DNA of 64,000 nucleotides. Source: Bacteroidales bacterium UBA3289. Its GTDB lineage: Bacteria > Bacteroidota > Bacteroidia > Bacteroidales > UBA932. Both the position numbers and the translations under genes were made by a program. The DNA lies in contig DETL01000011.1 of the NCBI GenBank assembly GCA_002361625.1, positions 39,407 through 103,406 of the forward strand, given 5' to 3'. Positions 1-10,107 of this stretch are shown here, piece after piece (positions within the stretch are counted from its first letter, which is position 1; each line of letters opens with the position of its first letter). The notes beneath the pieces were generated by a model that did not search any database, was not told the origin of the DNA, and was given only the letters and a program-made list of their open reading frames with translations.

Positions 1-1461
1 CTTGTGAATGATATCACTGCGCTCTCTATCATCGGTTATGCTGGCGACTTTGGCTCTTATGATATCTTGCTTTTGGAGATAATCATCTATGCCGGATAAG
101 TCGGCAAAGTCATAATCCATATCAAGACTTCTCTGCACTTCACTGATAAGATTGTCATAATGCAGTATCTGCGCCTTGTATTCCGCCGCCTTGGCCTCTA
201 TCTTCTTAACTTCTTGGTTGAGCTCATTCTTCTTTATTTCATACTTTGCTCGGTTAAGTCCTTCTGCAAGAGCAAGGAGAAGGTTCTGCCTTCTTTCTTC
301 AATGTCAGCTAATAATACAGGAATAGCATCAAGTTTTTGTTGAAGAGTGTCTCTTTCTCTTTGACTTTCAATGATTTTCTTCTGCGCATCCTCCAAAATG
401 AATAGTGTTTCATAATCAATAGCAATATTCCAAAGCAGACTATCCATAACATTGGTTGAGATGCACACCCTATTCTGGCACTTCGTTTCTCCTTCGTATC
501 CATTGTACTTCTTGTCGTAGTTATATGCATCTCGGCAGCGATAGTATCCTTTGCATCCACTGCCTACAAAGTTCCTCCCACATTCTGTGCATTTTATCAA
601 AGCGTGAGCATAGTAAATCTTCAACGACTTGGGTTGGACCTTATTATTATTCTTGGCTATCGCTCTGCACCTTGCAAACTGCTCTGGCGTGATAATCATA
701 GGATATGTTCTCAAATATGATGCGCCCTTACTTTTGTGAGGGGCACCGGTTAGCAACTCATTTGTGAGAATTTGATGGACAAGAGACAAGGTAAATCTTT
801 TCGTTTTTCGCGCTGCTCTTCCCTTTATCCCCCTATCGTACAATTCTCGGGCTATCCTCATTTGCGAATAACCCTTCTCGTACATATCAAAGATTTCACG
901 GACTACTTTTCCTTCTTCCTCGTCCTCAACAATGAGGCTCTTATTGGCATAGTCAATCTTGTAGCCGTATGGAATTGCTCCTCCATTATAACGACCTTGT
1001 TCTGCTAACTTCTTTTTCCCTCTCGCAAAACGAGCTTTCTTTTCTATGACTTCTTGTTCTGCCATTGCTCCAAAGAGCGAGAACAGGATATTAGCATTAC
1101 TATCATAACCTGACCGGTCCTTGTTCAGTAGTGTAAATGATGGTTCTTGGCAGTGCAGCTGTATCTTCTTCTCAAAGAATTTATCGCGAATGGAATACAA
1201 TACTTTGGGGCGTCTGGATAAACGGGATAGTTCCCATACATAGACATCGGCGACATCCATGCTTTCCATCGTTTCGTATAACTCGGCAATGCCTTCTCTC
1301 TCGTCCTCATCAAGTTTGTATCCACTCTCTGTTTTCTCAATGCACACGATGTCTTCTCGCGAGAAGCCATCAGCAAGTGCATAGAGAGTAAGAGCATCCT
1401 TCTGGCTCTCTGTATCCTGCTTTTCCGTTGAAACACGAATGAAAAGTACTGCTTTTGCCAT
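1..1461 (-). CDS. Large serine recombinase (integrase), 3' end runs off the window
   Basis: Manually translated; absent from the ORF track because no stop falls in the window. MAKAVLFIRVSTEKQD (catalytic Ser motif), VWELSRLSR, GAIPYGY, Zn-ribbon CTECG..YYRC..C, then coiled coil; AT-rich. Confidence 0.92.
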   Translation of the reverse strand, partial: MAKAVLFIRVSTEKQDTESQKDALTLYALADGFSREDIVCIEKTESGYKLDEDEREGIAELYETMESMDVADVYVWELSRLSRRPKVLYSIRDKFFEKKIQLHCQEPSFTLLNKDRSGYDSNANILFSLFGAMAEQEVIEKKARFARGKKKLAEQGRYNGGAIPYGYKIDYANKSLIVEDEEEGKVVREIFDMYEKGYSQMRIARELYDRGIKGRAARKTKRFTLSLVHQILTNELLTGAPHKSKGASYLRTYPMIITPEQFARCRAIAKNNNKVQPKSLKIYYAHALIKCTECGRNFVGSGCKGYYRCRDAYNYDKKYNGYEGETKCQNRVCISTNVMDSLLWNIAIDYETLFILEDAQKKIIESQRERDTLQQKLDAIPVLLADIEERRQNLLLALAEGLNRAKYEIKKNELNQEVKKIEAKAAEYKAQILHYDNLISEVQRSLDMDYDFADLSGIDDYLQKQDIIRAKVASITDDRERSDIIHK

Positions 1462-1525
1462 AACCCAAGATTTGCTTCAAATTTAGCAAAAAAAACAGGA
1501 CCTCACAATATTTTATTTCTATATC
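1..1525. mobile_element. End of an integrative element inserted in comM
   Basis: Abrupt GC drop at ~1520-1525, where ComM similarity stops (..GPIMDRIDI|EIKY); serine integrase immediately inside. Confidence 0.8.
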
Positions 1526-2716
1526 GATGCGGTCCATGATCGGCCCGCTGAGTTTCGAAAGGTAGGCCGCCCGCTGGCCTACGGAGCAGGTGCAGCGGTC
1601 TCCTTCGCCGTAATAGCCGCAGGGACAGGGGTTGGAGGCCGCGATGAGCATGAAGGAGGCCGGATAGACGATCTTCGCCTTGAGCCGGGAGATGGTTACC
1701 TTCCGGTCTTCCAAAGGCCCGCGGAGGGCTTCCAGCGTGGATTTCGGGGCCTCGCAGAACTCGTCGGCAAAGAGCACGCCGCCGCTGGCTAAAGATACTT
1801 CCCCGGGGAGGATGTTTTCGCCGCTACCGCCGCCCAGGATGGCCGCCTTGGAGGCTGATATGTGCGGGGCGCGGAACGGACGCCGCCGCATGAGCCCGAG
1901 CTGCCCCGTTGTTTTACCCGCGACCGACCAGATTTTGGAGGTGACTGCCGATTCTTCCCGGGTCATCGGCGGCAAAATGCCTGCCACCGCCTTCGCCATG
2001 GAACTTTTCCCCGATCCGGGCGCACCGATGAAAATCAGATTGTGACCGCCAGCTGCGGCAATTTCCACGCCCCGCTTCGCCCCTTCCTGGCCCAGGATGT
2101 CGGCAAAGTCCATGTATTCGGTCCGTTCCGGCCGTTCCTGCTCCCGTCGTAGGGCTTCTCCGTAACAGGCTGTGTTCCAGATCAGCAGGTCCGACGGGTC
2201 TTCCTCCTCGGAAAGGATCCGGAGCACGTCGTCGAAAGTCTGCACCCCATATACCAGCGTCTCGTCAAAGTCCACCGCCTCCAGGGCCGACCGTTCCGGC
2301 AGGATTACCCCCTTGAAGCCGGACTGCACGGCGAGTTCCACCATCGGTAGGGTCCCGGTCACGTAGCGGATGCTTCCATCCAGCCCCAACTCGCCCATGA
2401 TGAGGTACTTCTCCAGTCCCGGCAGTTCTTTCTGCCCCGAGGCGGCAATGATTCCCAGGGCGATGGCCAAGTCATACCCGCTGCCCTGCTTGTGCAGATC
2501 CGCCGGCGCCAGGTTGATGACGATCTTTTTCCCCGGAATCCGGAACCCTTTCGCCTGCAGGGCCGTTACCGTCCTGAGCAGGCTCTCTTTCACGGCCGCA
2601 TCGGCCAATCCCACCAGATGGATCCCGATCCCGAGCGTGATATCCACCTCCACCGTGACCGGAACCGCCTGGATCCCGACACATTTCGCTCCGTGTACAT
2701 ATACCAGCATACCCAT
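1370..2716 (-). pseudogene. comM: ComM/YifB Mg-chelatase-like ATPase, 5' part, disrupted by insertion
   Basis: INLAPADLHKQGSGYDLAIA, GAPGSGKS Walker A, PFRAPH, NPCPCG; C-terminal domain replaced by ~50 unrelated codons after DRIDI. Confidence 0.88.
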
Positions 2717-2808
2717 TTTTGCCCGAAGATGGGAATTCCCCTCCGGACCGGGGACCTGAAACGTAAAAATGTGGCGGAATTCTTTTTGGTTGTTTCAAAG
2801 AAACATGC

Positions 2809-2839
2809 AAAAAAAGGCCCTCCAGCGAACTGGAGGGCC
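2809..2839 (-). terminator. Rho-independent terminator after susD
   Basis: GGCCCTCCAG-cgaa-CTGGAGGGCC stem with 7-nt U tract on the minus strand. Confidence 0.85.
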
Positions 2840-2861
2840 GATCTTGACTCGGATGCAGGAA

Positions 2862-4442
2862 TTATTCCGCCATCTGGTTGATGAGTTTGTTGTAGTCCTT
2901 TTCGCGGTTCGGGATCACCCAGGTCCAGTGGTTCTTCTCATCCGGTTTCACGGTGATGGCGAAGTTGGCGTGCCAACTGCCGCCGTTCTTGATGGAGGTG
3001 CGGACCATGGTGTCGCCCCAGCGCTTGTAGTCGAACCAGTCATGTCCTTCGCCCCAGAGGTGGAAGCGGCGGTACAGTTTGACTTCGTTCAGCAGATCGT
3101 CGCCGGCCTTGGTGCAGTCGTACGCAGGGTCATAGGCCTTGTTGATCTCGTTGAGGATTTCCCGGGCCTTGGCGTCATTGCCGGTGTGGCAGGCGGCTTC
3201 GGCTTCGATGAAGGCCATCTCGCCGGAGCGGAAAAGCGCAAAGCAGCCGCCGCCAGGCATGAAGGAAGCCTGGAATTTGAACTGCATGTACTGGAAGATG
3301 GAACTGGTCTCATACAGTTTGCCTGCATAATCTGCCTTGGCTCTTTTGTAAAGGGCCGTTCCAGCTTTCGCGTTGCCGGTCGTCTTGTTCACTTCCTTGT
3401 ATTCTTCCTCCGTCGGAACGAGGAACAGGGAGCGGCGGGTATCCGTTTCCGGGATCCGGTCGATCAGTTCCTTGGAAATGGCGAACGGATAACTGCGGCA
3501 AATGCCCGCAGAAGAGTTGGAGCCGCAGTAGGCGAAATAGGAGTAATAGTAAAGAGTCTGGTCTTCCGCTTCGTAAACGCTCCAGATCCATTCGCTGTTC
3601 TCCTCGTTGAAGCCGCTTTCCATGTATTCTTTCTGGCTCATGTAAGGGTAATCCTCGCGGGCGAGCGCGGCGAATTTGGCGGCATTGGCCCAGTCTTCCC
3701 GGGTCAGGGCGGCGCGGGCATAGACCGCATAGGCGACATCGATGTCCGGAAGGAAGTTGTGCTCCTTGAAGTTCGGATAGGCGGTGTACCGGGTCAGGCC
3801 GGAAGCGGTGAAGAGGCGGATGGCTTCGTCCAGGTCGGCGTAGATCTGGGCGTACACCTTCCTGACGGAGGATTTGGCCAGGTCGCCGGTGCTGGCATCC
3901 AGACGGAGGGGCAGACCGTCGTTTTCGACTTCTCCGTCACTCCAGCGGCGGCAGTAGAACTGGACGAGCTGGAGATAGGAGTAGGCCCGGTAAACCAGGC
4001 CCTGGGCCTGCATGAACTGCCGTTCCGATTCGGGGCCTTCTGCATCCTGGATCTTCTCGACGACGGCGTTGGCGTTGGCGATGATCTTGTAGTAGTAATA
4101 CCACGGATAGATGTCGTACGTGCTGGTGGGGGACTCGTGCCAGTTGCTGTTGATGGTGTTCGTCCAGCCGGTAAGGTTGCATTTCTGGGCGTCATTGCCC
4201 ATGTAGTTGTTGTACCAGTTGATGATCGTTCCTTCCCCGTTCAAACCCTGGGTACCGAGGTACTGGGTGGTCATCATCTTGGCCAGACCGTTGACGGCCG
4301 TCCGGGCCATCTCGGTGGTGGCGAAAATCGTAGAGGGGGAGACGGAACTCTCCGGGGCGACCTCCAGATACTCCTTCGAGCAGGAAACCGAAAAGGCGGC
4401 CGCCAGGGCGAGGACAGAACTCAGTATGATATTCTTTTTCAT
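2862..4442 (-). CDS. susD: SusD/RagB family outer-membrane lipoprotein
   Basis: Lipobox VSC, YYYKIIANANAV, LWGEGHDWFDYKRW; follows SusC. Confidence 0.93.
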   Translation of the reverse strand: MKKNIILSSVLALAAAFSVSCSKEYLEVAPESSVSPSTIFATTEMARTAVNGLAKMMTTQYLGTQGLNGEGTIINWYNNYMGNDAQKCNLTGWTNTINSNWHESPTSTYDIYPWYYYYKIIANANAVVEKIQDAEGPESERQFMQAQGLVYRAYSYLQLVQFYCRRWSDGEVENDGLPLRLDASTGDLAKSSVRKVYAQIYADLDEAIRLFTASGLTRYTAYPNFKEHNFLPDIDVAYAVYARAALTREDWANAAKFAALAREDYPYMSQKEYMESGFNEENSEWIWSVYEAEDQTLYYYSYFAYCGSNSSAGICRSYPFAISKELIDRIPETDTRRSLFLVPTEEEYKEVNKTTGNAKAGTALYKRAKADYAGKLYETSSIFQYMQFKFQASFMPGGGCFALFRSGEMAFIEAEAACHTGNDAKAREILNEINKAYDPAYDCTKAGDDLLNEVKLYRRFHLWGEGHDWFDYKRWGDTMVRTSIKNGGSWHANFAITVKPDEKNHWTWVIPNREKDYNKLINQMAE

Positions 4443-4463
4443 ATTCTTCGATGTTTTCGGAAG

Positions 4464-7400
4464 TTAAAACCGGATGTTGAGGGCGAGCGTCATCACGCGC
4501 GGGGTGACGAGGTAGTTGGACTGGGTGCCGCCCCGGGACTGCTGCGGGTTCAGACCCTGACGGGCCGACCAGGTCTTCAGGTTCTCGATGTTGGCGCTGA
4601 TGGTCGCGCCCTGGAGATTCAGCGGGGTCATCCACTTCTTGGGCAGCTGGTAGGAGACGGACAGGTTCTTCAGAACGAGGTAATTGCCGGAGGTGAGCCA
4701 GCGCGTGGTCGTGCCGGCGTTGTTGTCGCTGCTGTTCAGCGTGCTGATTTCCGGGATGCCGTTCGGGTCGATCCGGTTGGGGCTGTCTTCCTTCATCCCT
4801 TCCGGAGCGGCCTTCCAGGAGTTGACAAGGTCCGCGTGCTGGCTGCTCGGATCGCCGGACAGGCTCATGAGGCCGCCATAGACACCGTCATACACCTGGG
4901 CGCCCAGTCCATAGGTGAACAGGGAGGAAACGGTGAAGTTCTTCCAGGACAGATTCAGGCCGAAGCTGCCGAAAGCCTTGGGAAGCGAGGATGTACCGGT
5001 GAACTCGCGGGCGCCGTAACTGGAGGGCTTGAATACGTACGGGACGCCGTTGATGACGGTGTAGTTGCCCGCCGCCATCAAAGTATTGGCCAGTCCCTCC
5101 TCGTTCGTTGCGGAGCCGAAGAGAACCTTGCCGTCCTTGGTGTTGTCCTCGGTGATGTAGTATTTCTCATCGTCGAATTTGTAGAGGGAACGGCCGGTCA
5201 GCTGGTCCACGCCTTCGAAGATATAGACAAAGTACTCATACCGGTCATGTCCTTCCATGATCTTGTGCGTACCGGAAATGATGCCGTCCTTGTTCTGTTC
5301 GGGGAGTTTGACGACCTTGTTCCGGATGAAGGAGACGTTCCCCGCCACGTTGAGCCGGAAGTCCTTGGTCCGGACGAGGTCGAGGTCGGTCTCGATTTCG
5401 ACACCGTGATTGGAGATGGTACCGAGGTTCTTGGCAACCGTGGAAACGGCGCTTCCGGTATCGGTTGCACCGGCGGAAAGCGGATTGTTCAGGTTGAAAA
5501 TCAGGTCGCGGCTGCGCTTGTCGAAATACTCGATATTGAAATTCCAGCGGTTGAACAGGCGGGATTCCAGACCGATGCCCCAGGAAGCGCTGGTCTCCCA
5601 CTTGATGTCCGGGGACTCGAGCTGGGAAAGCCAGAAGGCGCCGCGGTTGGCATTCTTGCCGGCCGTGTAAAGAAGCCGGTCGGCGTAGTAGCCGGCGGAG
5701 GCGTCGTTACCCACTTCGCCGTAGTCGGCGCGGAGTTTGAGGCTGTTCACCCAGGTCAGCGGCTGCATGAAAGGCTCCTTGGAAACCATCCAGTTGGCAC
5801 CGACGGACCAGAAGTTACCCCATTTCTTGCCTTCCCCGAAACGGGAAGAACCGTCCCGGCGGAAGGACGCCTCCACATTGTATTTGTCCATGAAGGCATA
5901 GCGGGCGCGGCCGAGGAAACTCTCGGTGCGGTAGTAGTCGCTATAGGAATAGACTTCCGTGATTTCCGTGAAGTTCCTCAGGTTGTTCTTGCCGGGCAGG
6001 ACTTCGGAAGTCTTGTAAGCGTAGAGATACTCGCGGTCCCAGAGGTAGTTCTCGTGACCGGCCAGGATGTTGAGGCTGTGGTCCCCGAACTGGCGGGTCC
6101 AGCGGAGGTGCTCCTGAAGTTGATAGTTGAAGAAATTGTACTCATAGCGGGCACCGCGGCCGTTGTTGCTCTTGCCGTCGCCGATGACGGCGCTGTTGTA
6201 GGTCTTGTTGGCGCTGGTGCGGGTGGCCATATTGCCCGTCACGGTGAAGGTGAAGTCCTTGAGGAAGTAGAATTCCGCCGTCGCCGTCGCATTCATGGTA
6301 TTGCGCATGGTGACGTCCCTGTTCAGTTCGTTTTCCCAGAGGACGTGGCGGTCGGCATACTGGTTACGGGTCTGGACGGCTCCGCCGGCGGCATTGATGT
6401 ACTCGCCGCCGTCCCACTGCTTGTTGCCGAAGGAGTCCAGGATATACTGTCCGTAGTTGGCCTCTCCCAGTTCGTTGTAGTGCAGGTGTGCGGGATACAC
6501 CGGAGCGATCTGGCGGGCGTACATGAACAGGTTGGTGTAACTGCTGGCGCCATCCTCGTTACCGTTGGTGTTGGAGTAGTTCTGGTGGGTGGCGTTGATG
6601 TTCAGGCCGGCCTTGAACCAGCGGACGGGACGGATGTTGGCGCTGGCACGGGCGGAGAAGCGCTCGAAGCCGCTGTTGGTCACGTAACCGTTCTCGTCCA
6701 GATAACCGAGGGAGAAATAGTAGTCACTCTTGTCGGTGGCTCCGTTTCCGCTGAGGTTGTATTCCTGACGGTAACCGTTCCGGAGACCGAACTTGTACCA
6801 GTCCAGGTCGTCGGCGAAGTTGCTGCTGATGGCGGCGTCGGGGACCATGCTGCCGTTTTGGTCAAACAGTTTGTCGTAAGGTTTGTCGAAGATATTGATC
6901 CAGACCTTCTCGGGAACCAGGTTCGCGGTGGTGTAAGCGGCGGCTTCCTCCGGAGTGGCACCGTTTTGGATCTGTTCGCCCTTCATTGCCTGCCAGTAGA
7001 TTTCCATCCACTGCCGGGCGTTCGCCAGGTTGTATTCCGGAATACCGCGCTGATAGATACCCTGCTTGACATCCAGGTTCATGTTCAGGCGGCCCTGCGT
7101 GCCCTTTTTGGTGGTGATCAGGATGACGCCGTTGGACGCGCGGTTGCCGTACAGGGCGGCGGAGGCGGCGTCCTTGAGGACCGTGATGGACTCGATGTCG
7201 GCGGGGTTCAGGTCGGAAACGTTACCGCCGAAGGCGACCCCGTCCAGGACGTACAGGACGGAAGAAGAACCGTTGATGGTTCCGACACCGCGGATGTACA
7301 CGTGCGGATCGTTACCCGGAGAACCGATCGTGGAATTGATCTGGACACCGGAAACGGTTCCTTCCAGGGCGGTCGTGACCGAGGAAGTAGGCCGGTTGGC

Positions 7401-7787
7401 GAGTTGTTCGCTCCCCACGGAGGCGATGGCGCCGGTCAGGGAAGACCGTTTCGCCGCACCGTAGGCGATGGTGACGACAGCCTCTTCCAGGGCTTCGCTG
7501 TCCAGATACATGACGATATCGACATTCGGTTGTACAGGAACTTCCTGCGTCTCCATGCCGATGAAGGAGAAAACGAGGGTTTTGGCGTTCGCGGGGATCC
7601 CGCGGAGGTTGAAGGTACCGTCGATTTCGGTAATGGCTCCCACCTGCGTTCCCTTGACGAGGACGGAAACGCCGGCGAGGGGTTCTCCGTTCTCATCACG
7701 GACGGAACCCCGGACATTGGAAACCTGTGCGAATGCGGTACTGGCAAGGACCAGGATGCTGGTCAGGAAAAGAAGGAATCTTTTCAT
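4464..7787 (-). CDS. susC: SusC/RagA TonB-dependent receptor
   Basis: DIESITVLKDAASAALYGNRASNGVILITTKKG signature; C-terminal F. Confidence 0.96.
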   Translation of the reverse strand: MKRFLLFLTSILVLASTAFAQVSNVRGSVRDENGEPLAGVSVLVKGTQVGAITEIDGTFNLRGIPANAKTLVFSFIGMETQEVPVQPNVDIVMYLDSEALEEAVVTIAYGAAKRSSLTGAIASVGSEQLANRPTSSVTTALEGTVSGVQINSTIGSPGNDPHVYIRGVGTINGSSSVLYVLDGVAFGGNVSDLNPADIESITVLKDAASAALYGNRASNGVILITTKKGTQGRLNMNLDVKQGIYQRGIPEYNLANARQWMEIYWQAMKGEQIQNGATPEEAAAYTTANLVPEKVWINIFDKPYDKLFDQNGSMVPDAAISSNFADDLDWYKFGLRNGYRQEYNLSGNGATDKSDYYFSLGYLDENGYVTNSGFERFSARASANIRPVRWFKAGLNINATHQNYSNTNGNEDGASSYTNLFMYARQIAPVYPAHLHYNELGEANYGQYILDSFGNKQWDGGEYINAAGGAVQTRNQYADRHVLWENELNRDVTMRNTMNATATAEFYFLKDFTFTVTGNMATRTSANKTYNSAVIGDGKSNNGRGARYEYNFFNYQLQEHLRWTRQFGDHSLNILAGHENYLWDREYLYAYKTSEVLPGKNNLRNFTEITEVYSYSDYYRTESFLGRARYAFMDKYNVEASFRRDGSSRFGEGKKWGNFWSVGANWMVSKEPFMQPLTWVNSLKLRADYGEVGNDASAGYYADRLLYTAGKNANRGAFWLSQLESPDIKWETSASWGIGLESRLFNRWNFNIEYFDKRSRDLIFNLNNPLSAGATDTGSAVSTVAKNLGTISNHGVEIETDLDLVRTKDFRLNVAGNVSFIRNKVVKLPEQNKDGIISGTHKIMEGHDRYEYFVYIFEGVDQLTGRSLYKFDDEKYYITEDNTKDGKVLFGSATNEEGLANTLMAAGNYTVINGVPYVFKPSSYGAREFTGTSSLPKAFGSFGLNLSWKNFTVSSLFTYGLGAQVYDGVYGGLMSLSGDPSSQHADLVNSWKAAPEGMKEDSPNRIDPNGIPEISTLNSSDNNAGTTTRWLTSGNYLVLKNLSVSYQLPKKWMTPLNLQGATISANIENLKTWSARQGLNPQQSRGGTQSNYLVTPRVMTLALNIRF

Positions 7788-7967
7788 TACACACAGTTTT
7801 AGGTTAAACAATCTTATAGTTTAAATTCGGTTCTACAAAGAACGGTACATCCTGTGTACTGGCCGCGAAGCTTTCAGTTTTTCATAGGGTGCGACACAAA
7901 AATACGAAAAATCCGACAAAAACAAATCGGAAGGCCCGCAAAAACGACTTTTTGTTAAAAAAGACGC

Positions 7968-8807
7968 CTATTTCCTAAAGATTCCGAACACCGCCGATCC
8001 GCTGCCGGACATCGCCGCATAGACGGCACCGGCCCCGTAGAGGGATTGCTTGATTTCCCCGAGGCGGGGGTACTTGGCGAAGACGGTCATCTCGAAATCG
8101 TTTACCAGAAGGTCTTTCCACCGATCCACCGGAAGGGCGAGGACTTCCCGCAGCGACAGCTCCGGAACGCCGGGGACGATACCGCGGTAGGCGTCGGCCG
8201 TGGACACGGCGATCCCTTCCGGAACGGTCACGTCGATCCGGTAGGCGAACAGGTCCAGGTCGAAGGGCTCGAGGATTTCCCCGCGACCGCTTCCCAGCAT
8301 GGGCCGGTTGTAGATGAAGAAAGCGCAGTCGCTTCCGAGCCGGGCGGCGAGACCGGCGAGCTCTCCGTCGGAAAGGTCCAGTCCGGCGAGTCCGGCCATC
8401 ATCCTCAGGGCGAAGGCCGCATCGGCGCTGCCCCCGCCAAGACCGGCTCCCACCGGGGAGGTCTTCTCCAGGAAAACCTTCATCGGCGGCAGGTCAAACT
8501 GCTCGCTCAAAAGCATATAGGCCTGGGCCGTCAGGTCCTTCAGCGGATCCCAGTCCACCCCTTCCTTCCGGGCGATGGTGACCAGGAGTTTCCCGTCGGG
8601 CGTGATGCCCTGGGCCACCTGGGTGCCCCGGTAGGTTTCCTGGATATGAGCCGACGTACGGCTCCAGTCGTCCCCGGTGATGACCTCCAGGGTATCGTGG
8701 AAGGCCTCGCAGGGAATAAACAGGGTGTCCAGGTCATGGTAGCCGTCCGCGCGGCGCCGCAGGACGCGAAGTCCCAGGTTCAGTTTGACGTTCGGGTATG
8801 CGATCAT
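7968..8807 (-). CDS. ispE: 4-diphosphocytidyl-2-C-methyl-D-erythritol kinase
   Basis: PNVKLNLGL, GYHDLDT, PVGAGLGGGSADAA, MSGSGS; start moved to MIAYPN. Confidence 0.93.
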   Translation of the reverse strand: MIAYPNVKLNLGLRVLRRRADGYHDLDTLFIPCEAFHDTLEVITGDDWSRTSAHIQETYRGTQVAQGITPDGKLLVTIARKEGVDWDPLKDLTAQAYMLLSEQFDLPPMKVFLEKTSPVGAGLGGGSADAAFALRMMAGLAGLDLSDGELAGLAARLGSDCAFFIYNRPMLGSGRGEILEPFDLDLFAYRIDVTVPEGIAVSTADAYRGIVPGVPELSLREVLALPVDRWKDLLVNDFEMTVFAKYPRLGEIKQSLYGAGAVYAAMSGSGSAVFGIFRK

Positions 8808-8824
8808 ACCCGCAAATATAGCGA

Positions 8825-10015
8825 TTATTCCACCGTTACGGAAGTGAAATAGCCATTGAAGGGGATTTCGGTCACTTCGCCGTCCCGTTGGAAGCGGTTC
8901 GGCGTTCCGCCGCGGCCGGTCAGGGCCAGGAAGAGATGTCCGTTCCGGAGGAGGGCGCACCGGCCGGAAGTCAGGTACAATCCCGTTCCGATCGTGACCT
9001 CCCCGCCGCCGTTCCACCGGAATGCGGCCGGGTCGCCGTCCGCCCGGGCGACGAACCATCCCGTCCTGTCTCCATCGGACAGGACGCCGGAGACCATCGT
9101 TCCGGTTCCCAGGGGAAGCGCCCCGTCCCGGGCGGAATGGAGGAAGAACCGTTTCCCGGAGGGACCGTAGGCCCGGACCAGCGCCAGGACATCGTCCTCC
9201 CGGGGATAGAGCCGGCACCAGAGGGCGGACTCTCCGCCGACCAGGGGAAGCGTCATTTCCTGTCCGTCCGCCTCCAGGACCAGCTTCCGGGGCCGGGAGC
9301 GGATCCGATATACGTTCCCATGGGCAAAGCAGACGTCGTAGGTGTTCCCGTATCCTTCGTCGGAAAGCGTCCGCCAGGGGTCTCCGCCCCGCATGACGCG
9401 GTATTCCTTCGCGCCCTCCGTGGGCACGTTCACGCAGTAATACACACCGTCCCCGGCGCCGACGAGGGCTCCCCGGTCCGCATCGCCGACGATGGTCCCC
9501 GTTTCGCTCCGGTAAACTTCCTTTCCGTCAATCCGATAGGTGAATCCCTGACCGTCCCGGTCCTGGCCCAGCGTCAGGACATTCTCCTCCCGGAGCAGAA
9601 AGCCGGCGAGCGTCTCCCTCCCGGCGAACCGGAACAGCTCCTTCCCGTCGCGGAGGATGACTGTCTCGGCGGAGGTGGAATAGTCGGCATACAGATGGCC
9701 GTCCGCGAACCGGTGCATGTCGGGGTGGACGCTTTCGCCTGCCGGAACGGAGGAGACGATCCTCCCGTCGCAATAAAGGTCCAGCCAGACCGTTCCCTCC
9801 ACGGCGCAGGTGTCCTCCTCCCAGGCGAAGCCGTCGGGAAACCGGACGGCCGTGAGCCAGACGTGCTCTCCGGGCGGAATGACCGGGGCGGCTCCGGAGG
9901 AATCTCCGGGCGGACGGGGGTTTTCCAGTTGGTAGCGGGGCGGGCCGGGAAATAGGATGTCCCGGGTACAGGCCGCAAACAGGGCGGCAAGAAGAAGGAA
10001 GGCAAGTTTCCGCAT
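8825..10015 (-). CDS. Hypothetical lipoprotein, beta-rich
   Basis: MRKLAFLLLAALFAAC lipobox; coding-like GC3. Confidence 0.7.
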   Translation of the reverse strand: MRKLAFLLLAALFAACTRDILFPGPPRYQLENPRPPGDSSGAAPVIPPGEHVWLTAVRFPDGFAWEEDTCAVEGTVWLDLYCDGRIVSSVPAGESVHPDMHRFADGHLYADYSTSAETVILRDGKELFRFAGRETLAGFLLREENVLTLGQDRDGQGFTYRIDGKEVYRSETGTIVGDADRGALVGAGDGVYYCVNVPTEGAKEYRVMRGGDPWRTLSDEGYGNTYDVCFAHGNVYRIRSRPRKLVLEADGQEMTLPLVGGESALWCRLYPREDDVLALVRAYGPSGKRFFLHSARDGALPLGTGTMVSGVLSDGDRTGWFVARADGDPAAFRWNGGGEVTIGTGLYLTSGRCALLRNGHLFLALTGRGGTPNRFQRDGEVTEIPFNGYFTSVTVE

Positions 10016-10107
10016 GGCTTTTTTTGCAGCCAAGATAGGGACTCGAAACAAAAAACAACACAAAGGAAAGTCCATTTGTGTTGTTTCAGTATGCAAATTA
10101 ATGTTTC

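Noticed and set aside
309-1436. Short ORFs listed in the track at the left edge
   Set aside because: Alternative frames of the serine recombinase at 1-1461.
2769-7802. 1677-aa plus-strand ORF (and similar long ORFs at 15294-17423, 26560-28431, 38532-40598, 52334-54376)
   Set aside because: Antisense shadows of high-GC3 genes (susC/D, nrdD etc.); no recognisable motifs.
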